Origin: Phycisphaerales bacterium
Lineage (GTDB): Bacteria; Planctomycetota; Phycisphaerae; Phycisphaerales; SM1A02
Length of the DNA: 64,000 nucleotides
Direction of reading: 5' to 3'
NCBI GenBank assembly: GCA_029245245.1
Contig: JAQWPT010000038.1
Location: 33,052 to 97,051 of the forward strand
Position 1 is the stretch's first letter. Every line of letters starts with the position of its first letter. This document shows positions 57,100 through 64,000 of the stretch, piece by piece. Both the position numbers and the translations under genes were made by a program. Below the pieces are notes generated by a model. That model was not told the origin of the DNA. It was given only the letters and a program-made list of their open reading frames with translations, and did no database searches.

Positions 57100-58425
57100 T
57101 CACTCGCCCAGGGGCGGAATGGACGATGCTCCGAGGTCGCGGATCCTGATATTGCGATAGGACACCACGTCACCATGATCCTGCAGCGCGATGTGCCCGT
57201 GGGCGCGGCGACCGTAGTCGGGCATCGCGTTGAACTTGCTGCCGGAGACCAGCCTGTCCCAACGGCTTGAATGCAAGGTGTACGAAACGACCTCCACATC
57301 GTTGAGCCAGTAGGTCACGTCGTTCTCGCACACGAGAATCCGGGCCGTGTTCCACTGTCCAGCGGGCCGGACGACATCCTGCATCGGGGCGTGGAGCCCG
57401 TAGTTGGAGCCTGCCGATGTGAGTGGATTTTTCCCATCCTGGTGGCGGTCGTCATCGAGTATCTGCATCTCGGGACCGGTCTGCCAGACGTAGTCCTTGT
57501 CCTCGGTCACATTGAAGAAGATGCCGCTGTTGCCGCCCTCCTCAACACGCCACTGGAGTTCAAACTCGAAGTTGTCGTACTGCTGGCGGGTGATGATGTC
57601 GCCCCCCGATCCGGTCAGGGTCAGGTTGCCGTCGACGATCTCCCATCCCCCGGGCATGATCTGCTTCTTGAAGCCTCGGAAGTGCTCCAGGGAGGTGCCA
57701 TCGAAGAGCATCGTCCACCCCGGCGCTCCATCCGCACCATCTCCCGCATCCACGTGGTCCGGCCCGAGCGCCACCGTTGACGCGAGACCGGCAAGATGTC
57801 GCTGCATCGAGCGTGCCGTGACAAGGTCCATGGTCACGATGGCCAGTCGTGCTGAACGGTTGGAATCGTTCGTTGATACGGGGCGCGACACCAATCCAAG
57901 TCCAATGGCAGGACGGGCGAGATTGCCGCCGGGATGCGGAAGCACCATCCAGCGTGCTGGTGTGCCCGCGAGTTCAATCCGCCCCCAGTTCCCGGGAGCC
58001 TGGTCCTGTACCTCGGGCATGGTCACATCAAGTTCCAGCGGGAACTCGATCATGGGCAGGCACGGAACGTCCGACCAGGCCTGCAGGCCGGCCTGGAGAC
58101 TGTTGGACAGGGTCAGCGCCGCACGCCCAGTGATCCGGGTGCTGAGCAGCCAGGTGGCCATGGACGGGGACTGCACGGCCAGGGTGACACGATCATCGAT
58201 GCTCCGCGGCGTACCGTCCGACCCCATGTTGTAGGAGGGGGCGGTCACCAGCCACTGGAGATCCGAGGACACGGGGCCCCTCCGGTAGTCGACCTCGCCG
58301 TAACCGCCGAAGACCGTCACGGTGGGGCCTGCCTTCATCACGGGTCCACCATCTCCCTGCTGACAGGACACCGACAGCAGGACAACGGGGAGCAGGAACA
58401 GGCAGTGAAAGAGTCGCGTGGGCAT
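57100..58425 (-). CDS. lipoprotein with C-terminal DUF1080 (3-keto-disaccharide hydrolase-like) domain
   Basis: Trimmed to ATG 58425 (MPTRLFHCLFLLPVVLLSVSC). C-terminal GWTMLFDGTSLEHFRGF...GWEIVDG...NFEFELQWRV..GGNSGIFF...HGHIALQDHGDVVSYRNIRI. The N-terminal roughly 220 aa are unassigned. Confidence 0.75.
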   Translation of the reverse strand: MPTRLFHCLFLLPVVLLSVSCQQGDGGPVMKAGPTVTVFGGYGEVDYRRGPVSSDLQWLVTAPSYNMGSDGTPRSIDDRVTLAVQSPSMATWLLSTRITGRAALTLSNSLQAGLQAWSDVPCLPMIEFPLELDVTMPEVQDQAPGNWGRIELAGTPARWMVLPHPGGNLARPAIGLGLVSRPVSTNDSNRSARLAIVTMDLVTARSMQRHLAGLASTVALGPDHVDAGDGADGAPGWTMLFDGTSLEHFRGFKKQIMPGGWEIVDGNLTLTGSGGDIITRQQYDNFEFELQWRVEEGGNSGIFFNVTEDKDYVWQTGPEMQILDDDRHQDGKNPLTSAGSNYGLHAPMQDVVRPAGQWNTARILVCENDVTYWLNDVEVVSYTLHSSRWDRLVSGSKFNAMPDYGRRAHGHIALQDHGDVVSYRNIRIRDLGASSIPPLGE

Positions 58426-58488
58426 GGGCAGGATCTCCTTGAAGTGGCACATCCTGCTCGAAATGAAAGCCCCCCGTCAAGGCGCGGG

Positions 58489-60945
58489 TCAGGATCCCTT
58501 CTTTTCGCCCCCGGACCAATCCTTCCCGAGGCCGGGAACCATCGCCACCTGCTGGTCCGTCAACTGCAGCTCCAGCAGGATCCGGGTCTGATCATTGAGT
58601 TGGCGACGCCGGTACCGCAACTGCTCCATCTTCATGTATTGCTTCATCGACTCGCTGCTGGGAGGCCATGAACGCTCCGCATCCTGGCGGCCCTTGGCTC
58701 CATCGAGGATCTGCACGGTGAGGTCCCGGTACTGGCTGCGGTACTCAAGAGCGAGATCGTTGATCAGTTCCCGCTGGTCTGCAGAGAGACCCTCCAGTGC
58801 AAGCGTGCCATCGATCTGTTCATCAGCGATCCACGGGTCCTTGAACACGTCGGGATAGGCCTTCCGCTCGTACATGTCCTGAACGAGCATGATGCGGTCT
58901 TCGGGAATTTCCTGAAGGATGCCCTCGTAGGTCATTCGATTCGTCTTGGCCATGCGAGCCGCGATTTCACTCATCTCGGATCTGCCGTTTTCCCATCGCT
59001 CGTAGAGGCGTTTTCTCAGGTCTTCATCGATGTCGCCTTCGCCCTCTCCCCAGAGGCGATCCTCGAGACTCTTGACACGGTCGTAACTGGTCTCAATCGC
59101 ATCGATGTCGGTCATCGATGCGGCGTTGTATTCGATGAGCACGTCGATCATGAACTGGCGGGACTCTTCATCAAGTGTTTCCGGATCGATGGCCAGTACG
59201 ATTTCACCGATGTCGATCGTCCCCTCCGTGGATCCACGAAGTGACCAGTTCCCGTTCCAGATCTTCTGGCGACGGCGGGCACGGTCATGCGACACGCGGA
59301 TCTGGTCCAGCAGGTCGGGCTGGGTATCGGGCGGAAGCACCATGGACATGTCCGCAAAGAAGGCATCTTCGGCCTCCTTCAACTTCGGCAGCATCTCCGC
59401 CTGCAGAGCCCTGCGAACCTTCCTCCGCTCACGCCACCCCTGGTCGGTTTCCAGAGCGGAGTACCCGTCGGTCAGACGCTGGTCGTACTCAACCGACAGC
59501 GATTCGTAACTCGTGGTGTACTGGTCGTAGAGTGATTCCAGGACACTCGCGTCCATGTCCTGCAGGCCAAGCCAGGCCGAGAACTGTTCGACACTCACCG
59601 GCTCCATGGGAGCCATGGGCAAGTTGTAGGTTCGACCGGTGGAGGCATCCGGCTTGTCGGATCCTGATCGACCACGGGCCCACCGTACCTCCCGCGTGTC
59701 CTCTTTCTTCTCACCGTCCATCAGTTCCATCTGCTCGTCGGTGAGGATGCTTGCAAGGCTCGTTTCGCCGCTGGCGACAAGATCTTCCATTCGCCCATCG
59801 AGTCGCTCCAGTCGCTCGTCATGCTCACCCGGAACATCACCTTCCAACTGCTCAGCCGTCCGATAGGCCCACGAATCCTGGAATGCTTCGGCCACCTGGG
59901 GAAACAGGGCCAGCCAGCGACTTCGATAGTCGGCCTGGGCCGACTCCAGGAGGAGCACCTGGTCCTCGGTCACGCCATCGAGTTTCATGGCCCGGCTGAA
60001 GCGACGATCCGCTCGCTGCACACCACCATTCTCGTACGACGTATCTGCGTACTCGAAGGTCAACTGCACCCAGTTCTCTTCACCGAGAACCTCCCTGATC
60101 TGCATCGCGGTCTGGAGATTCAATCGCCCCATCTTGTCGACGGTCTTCTGGATGGGCTTGCTGTTCTCATTGAAGAAGGCGATGAGCCGATCCTGCATTC
60201 CTCCCTCGGTCCACAACTCCATCATCTGCTGCATGTCCATGTCGCGGAGACCGAGTTCATCCACGAGATCGAGAACCTGATCGACGATCTTGAGCAAGTC
60301 GTCCTGGAACTGGACCACCAGGTAGAGCATCCTCGTTTCGAACGAGTCGGTCACCTGGCGGATCGCAGCCAACTGGTCCGGAGACAGATCGGTTCGATCG
60401 ATCCATTCCAGGATGTTGAACTGGATGCCCTCATTGAACCGGCTGGCCAGCATGAAGTGCGGCATGATGTAATTCGAAAGTTTGCGCCGCCTGCGAGCCC
60501 GCTCAAGGGCCGGCAGCTGCTCTTCGATGACCAGCATGTTGATGCTGTCGAAGTAGGCCGAGTCGATCCGGTTGAACTTGTCATAGATATCGAGGGCCAT
60601 CTTCAGCAGGTCCTCGATGTCCTTGCGGGGAGGAATGGTGATCGAGCCGCCCATCCAACTGCCCATCAACTGGCCCATGGCGAGACCGTCATCGATGAGT
60701 TCGCCGACTTCACGCTCCTGCAACTGCTCGTACTCCGCCTGGTAGCGGGTGTAGAGCGACATCATCTGGGCCTGCTGCTCCCTGGACAGTTCCAACTCAA
60801 CGGCAAGATCCCTGAGGTCATCGATGCTGACCGGCTGGATCAGGAACGGGAACCGCTGGGCCTGTGCAGTTGAAACCATGCCCGGCATGAACCAGGCAGC
60901 GAGGGTGATGAGCAGGACCAGGAATGGAGGAGTTCGGTGCAGCAT
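58489..60945 (-). CDS. secreted all-helical protein built from repeated LTxxQ-type (Spy/CpxP-like) modules
   Basis: ORF 58489..61110 trimmed to ATG 60945 (signal MLHRTPPFLVLLITLAAWFMPGMVSTAQA). Six L/V-[ST]-x-[DE]-Q motifs (LSREQ, LSPDQ, VTEDQ, LTDEQ, LSADQ, LTDQQ), each followed by Tyr-rich helices (..YTRYQAEYEQL, ..LEYRSQYRDL). Confidence 0.6.
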   Translation of the reverse strand: MLHRTPPFLVLLITLAAWFMPGMVSTAQAQRFPFLIQPVSIDDLRDLAVELELSREQQAQMMSLYTRYQAEYEQLQEREVGELIDDGLAMGQLMGSWMGGSITIPPRKDIEDLLKMALDIYDKFNRIDSAYFDSINMLVIEEQLPALERARRRRKLSNYIMPHFMLASRFNEGIQFNILEWIDRTDLSPDQLAAIRQVTDSFETRMLYLVVQFQDDLLKIVDQVLDLVDELGLRDMDMQQMMELWTEGGMQDRLIAFFNENSKPIQKTVDKMGRLNLQTAMQIREVLGEENWVQLTFEYADTSYENGGVQRADRRFSRAMKLDGVTEDQVLLLESAQADYRSRWLALFPQVAEAFQDSWAYRTAEQLEGDVPGEHDERLERLDGRMEDLVASGETSLASILTDEQMELMDGEKKEDTREVRWARGRSGSDKPDASTGRTYNLPMAPMEPVSVEQFSAWLGLQDMDASVLESLYDQYTTSYESLSVEYDQRLTDGYSALETDQGWRERRKVRRALQAEMLPKLKEAEDAFFADMSMVLPPDTQPDLLDQIRVSHDRARRRQKIWNGNWSLRGSTEGTIDIGEIVLAIDPETLDEESRQFMIDVLIEYNAASMTDIDAIETSYDRVKSLEDRLWGEGEGDIDEDLRKRLYERWENGRSEMSEIAARMAKTNRMTYEGILQEIPEDRIMLVQDMYERKAYPDVFKDPWIADEQIDGTLALEGLSADQRELINDLALEYRSQYRDLTVQILDGAKGRQDAERSWPPSSESMKQYMKMEQLRYRRRQLNDQTRILLELQLTDQQVAMVPGLGKDWSGGEKKGS

Positions 60946-61110
60946 CCGGGTGGCTTTCTGGAGAAGAGGGAGGAGAAATGGAAAGACCATTCTAGCGGTT
61001 GGACCCCCGGATTCCTCTCTGGTTCCAGAAATGGGCCACCATTGAACAGGAAACGGGGCCCCGTTTCCGGGGCCCCGTCGTTCGTCGATTCCTGGATTGA
61101 TACCACTCAC

Positions 61111-61809
61111 TCAGGCAGCATTCGCCCGGTGCTGACCAACGGTCCGCTGCTCGGGAGTTGCCCGGCGAAGGGGGTCCTCGTTGAGTTTGGTGATCAACTC
61201 GCCGGGCGTCGTCGCCCAGAGATCCGCACCGATTTCCTCGGCCAGGCCCTCGGCCCGGTTGAAGATGCCGCCACCAACCACGATCTGCATGTCCGGGCAC
61301 GATCCGATCTCACGGATGGTGTCGATGAGCACGCGAATGTGGGGTGCATCCCGTCCCGAGGAGGAGAAGAGCAGCAGGACATCCGGCTTCTGTTCGCTGG
61401 CTTCCTGCATGACCTCGTCCCAGGCCACGCCACCGCCACCAAAGAAGACTTCGTAGCCGTCGGCCTCGACCAGATCGGCCACCATCTGGGCAGCCAGGTC
61501 ATCCGCTTCCGTTTCGGCACAGAAGAGCATCACGCGACGCTGGCGTCGTTCCTGCTGGGAATACAGTGCCTGCGCCTGATCGACCATGCTGCGCAGCAGC
61601 CGTGTCGCATAGTGATGCGCCAGGCTGGTGAGCTGATCGCTCCGATACAGCGTGTTGATCATGTCCAGCAGGGGCCAGTAGGCCTCGTGCGTCAATGTCT
61701 CGGGCGTGATGCCCGATTCCATGATTTGTTCCGCAGTTGCTCGAGCCGATGCACGGTTGCCCGTGATCAGTTGAGGAAAGAGCTGTTCCACCATGAGTTC
61801 GCTATCCAC
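61111..61809 (-). CDS. cobalamin (B12)-binding-domain-like protein lacking the canonical His ligand
   Basis: N-terminal helical cap, then a Rossmann-like RVMLFCAETEADDLAAQMVADLVEADGYEV...LLLFSSSG...IVVGGG. The D-x-H-x-x-G position reads ETEADD. GTG start at 61809, alternative ATG at 61794. Confidence 0.6.
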   Translation of the reverse strand: MDSELMVEQLFPQLITGNRASARATAEQIMESGITPETLTHEAYWPLLDMINTLYRSDQLTSLAHHYATRLLRSMVDQAQALYSQQERRQRRVMLFCAETEADDLAAQMVADLVEADGYEVFFGGGGVAWDEVMQEASEQKPDVLLLFSSSGRDAPHIRVLIDTIREIGSCPDMQIVVGGGIFNRAEGLAEEIGADLWATTPGELITKLNEDPLRRATPEQRTVGQHRANAA

Positions 61810-61828
61810 CAGACGTCTCCTTCTGTTG

Positions 61829-61856
61829 GCAGGCCAGTTGCTTCCCTCTGGCCTGC
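61829..61856 (-). promoter_or_regulatory. perfect 9-bp hairpin just upstream of the RBS of the B12-binding-like gene
   Basis: On the minus strand: GCAGGCCAG-10 nt-CTGGCCTGC, then CAACAGAAGGAGACGTCTG-GTG. No U-tract, so it is not a terminator. Confidence 0.3.
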
Positions 61857-62097
61857 ATCACCTTGGTTCAAGTCCCAGGGAATCGACGATCCCCACGCGT
61901 GGTCAATCCACGCTCCAACCCGGGACATCGAACCACGACACGTCCTGACTGAACACGTCGACACATGATCGATGGAAAGGAGTTACCGGACCTGGTTTGG
62001 CGCAAATGCTGCGCCGATCTGAACCCGGCTACCCCCTCTGGTAAGTAAATACCCGTACACACTGGTTTCTTTCGATGAAAGCGATCCCGCGAAGGAA

Positions 62098-64000
62098 TCA
62101 GTCGCAGGGGCCCCACATGCTGATGATGCTCAACAGGTCGACGACGTCCACCATCCCATCATCATTGGCATCTCCTTCGGGACCACTTCCCCCCCACTCT
62201 GCGATGACCTTCAGCAGGTCCTGCACATCGACCAGGCCATCGGGTACGACGTCGGCCGGGCATGTGTTTTCCTCGGGAACGGGAACCCAGTTCACGACGG
62301 TCAGCAGCAGGCTGCGACGAACCGAATCATCCAGCACCGCCTCCAGCGGGAAGGCCCAGAACACCGTGCGCCATGTTTCATCAAGAACATTGACGCCGAT
62401 GACTCCCTCTTCCCCGGTGAAACAGACCTCCGCGTTCGCGGCCGCCTCCAGGGAATCGGTGTAGTTGTTGAAGGGACACGTGAGGGTCATCGTGCCGTAA
62501 CCGCCGAACAGTGAACCCGATCCGGTCACAGTGGCCTGCCCCACGTCGCTGTCGTAGTCGGAAACACCCAGGTAGGAACTTCCGAACGGAGTCAGTCCAC
62601 GGTCGTAGAGATAGTCCTGGCTGGAGAGCCAGAAGACACCGCCCTCATCGAGCCAGGCGGCGAGATCCACTTCAGCGGCATCGCCCGGTCCGGCGAACCC
62701 ACCCCACTCGGCGCCCGTGAACCAGATGACGAGGTCGTAGTTGCGCAGGGTATCGAGGTCGGGCTCGTTGTCGGTGTTCATGGTGTCCCACACATCGAAC
62801 TCGAGCCCCAGGTCGTTCATTGGTGAGGTGTAGTAGGCCTGCACATCAGGAGTGTTGTCATCGTCATCGACCAGCAGCACATGGATCCCCTCCGAGGTGG
62901 TGAAGGAGGACGTGTCCGACCAGTCGCCCAGTCCACAGGCACTTGATGCCCGCACACGCCAGTAGTAGCTCTGGCCGTAAGACAGGTTCGTCTTCACAAG
63001 ATGCTCGGTAGTGGTGGCCATCGCGGAATAGATCATGTCCGTGAACATCACGTCCGAGGCGATCTCGAGGTCGAAACTGGTGCCACCTTCCATCGCCCAG
63101 GTCAGCATGGGCATGGTCGAAACATCGATCTCACCATCGGCGGGCTGCAGCAGTTCAGGCAATCCGCTGAAGGGGGTGACGATCATGATCTCCCCGATGA
63201 CTTCCACCTGTTGACCACCAGCCATTCCGACGATGCTGTACTCCTCACTGCCCGATGCCCCCTCTGACACGGTCACCGTGAGGGCCGTCTTGTCCGGGGT
63301 GGTCAGGACGTCGTCCTGAAGTTCAAGGTTGATGTGCATGGGCCCCAGGGCATTGAGCGTGACCGACAGGCCAGGCGTGACGGACTGCACCTCGACGATG
63401 CACTCGACCGTCCCGGGGGCACAGATTTCAATGACCGGTGGATCCAGCATGATGGTGAATGGATCCGCCTTGCAATTCATGCAGACCAGGGCGAAATCCT
63501 GATCGCTGCCGTCACCGAATCCGGGAATGCCGTCGGAGTTGATGTTGGATGCCAGGACCCGGATGGTGGCGGATGATGGAGCAGTCGGTCCGAGGAAAAC
63601 CGCCTCGGTGTTGTTCATGACGTCCGGTGGGCCGTCGGCATTGGACCACCCGCTGGAGGGATCGATGTCGTTGCCCGCGTACTCCGCTCCGGAGACTTCG
63701 ACCACCAGATCGAGATCGTTCGTCCATGCCGGTGTACTGCCACCAAGCCCGTGCCCGGGCGCCGTGGTCCATGCGAGCATGATGCGCATCGGCTTGGACG
63801 AATCCAGCGGCTCGACGGCGATGGACCATTCCTCACCACTGTCGCCGAATACCACCGACTGGTCGTAGTAGCGAATGCCCTCGAGGTCCGGGTCAATCAA
63901 CTCGGAGATGGCCAGACGCCCCCATCCCTGCTTCGAATCGGGTGGATGCGACAGGGTGTACCCGTCCGCGTCTTCACCCCCATCCAGTGCCTTGGCGGCC
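62098..64000 (-). CDS. large secreted multi-domain protein, probable subtilisin-like (S8) peptidase C-terminal part with C-terminal dockerin-like module (5' end beyond the window)
   Basis: The frame stays open to base 64000 (..DSKQGWGRLAISELIDPD.., which resembles the end of an S8 catalytic domain). Then come beta-sandwich domains, an FN3-like segment (..YYWRVRASS..), and an IHVLLVDDDDN.. alpha/beta domain. Confidence 0.6.
   Translation of the reverse strand, partial: AAKALDGGEDADGYTLSHPPDSKQGWGRLAISELIDPDLEGIRYYDQSVVFGDSGEEWSIAVEPLDSSKPMRIMLAWTTAPGHGLGGSTPAWTNDLDLVVEVSGAEYAGNDIDPSSGWSNADGPPDVMNNTEAVFLGPTAPSSATIRVLASNINSDGIPGFGDGSDQDFALVCMNCKADPFTIMLDPPVIEICAPGTVECIVEVQSVTPGLSVTLNALGPMHINLELQDDVLTTPDKTALTVTVSEGASGSEEYSIVGMAGGQQVEVIGEIMIVTPFSGLPELLQPADGEIDVSTMPMLTWAMEGGTSFDLEIASDVMFTDMIYSAMATTTEHLVKTNLSYGQSYYWRVRASSACGLGDWSDTSSFTTSEGIHVLLVDDDDNTPDVQAYYTSPMNDLGLEFDVWDTMNTDNEPDLDTLRNYDLVIWFTGAEWGGFAGPGDAAEVDLAAWLDEGGVFWLSSQDYLYDRGLTPFGSSYLGVSDYDSDVGQATVTGSGSLFGGYGTMTLTCPFNNYTDSLEAAANAEVCFTGEEGVIGVNVLDETWRTVFWAFPLEAVLDDSVRRSLLLTVVNWVPVPEENTCPADVVPDGLVDVQDLLKVIAEWGGSGPEGDANDDGMVDVVDLLSIISMWGPCD
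62101..62262 (-). other. dockerin-like two-segment module (C-terminal)
   Basis: CPADVVPDGLVDVQDLLKVIAEWGGSG ... DANDDGMVDVVDLLSIISMWGPCD. Confidence 0.65.

Noticed and set aside
61810-62097. Cobalamin riboswitch upstream of the B12-binding-like gene
   Set aside because: Only fragments (AGUCAGGA, AGGGAA, CUGGCCUGCC) resemble parts of the B12-box region. The ordered conserved core could not be assembled by eye. It needs cmscan and is not called.

Overview
High-GC (roughly 65%) bacterial chromosomal segment. The gene content suggests Planctomycetota, possibly a Phycisphaerae-like lineage, but this is inference only. The cues are CxxCH 'planctomycete cytochrome' style proteins, DUF1080, a MoxR-DUF58-BatA/VWA operon, many lipoproteins, and dockerin-like modules ending in WGxC. 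Bases 1-44,000 are densely packed, mostly housekeeping genes: murA, murD, pyrD, ribF, nrnA-like, a large NAD-GDH, queG, a UvrD/PcrA helicase, dcd and nrdJ. This stretch also holds an Mla-like ATPase/MCE pair and a roughly 12 kb minus-strand gene chain joined by ATGA start/stop overlaps. That chain links an iron-type ABC binding protein and permease to MoxR/DUF58/VWA genes. From about 44.6 kb the window becomes accessory and dominated by secreted proteins. It begins with a low-GC GH64-like gene bracketed by direct repeats next to tRNA-Pro(UGG). Then come two orphan lipoproteins, a YHYH protein, a 1-Cys redoxin, a heme-c/monooxygenase-like protein and an extraordinary Cys/Asp/Pro micro-repeat protein. 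These are followed by a truncated hemoglobin, a GH18 chitinase, a DUF1080 protein, a poly-LTxxQ helical protein, a B12-binding-like protein and the C-terminal part of a large probable S8 peptidase. Five of these secreted proteins share a two-segment dockerin-like module. Other notable points are a 1-nt frameshift in nrdJ, an in-frame ABC permease-NHL fusion, a TPR-YggX fusion, and convergent gene pairs with zero or negative spacing. No CRISPR array, rRNA, transposase or integrase was seen. Most long ORFs antisense to the called genes are high-GC artefacts.
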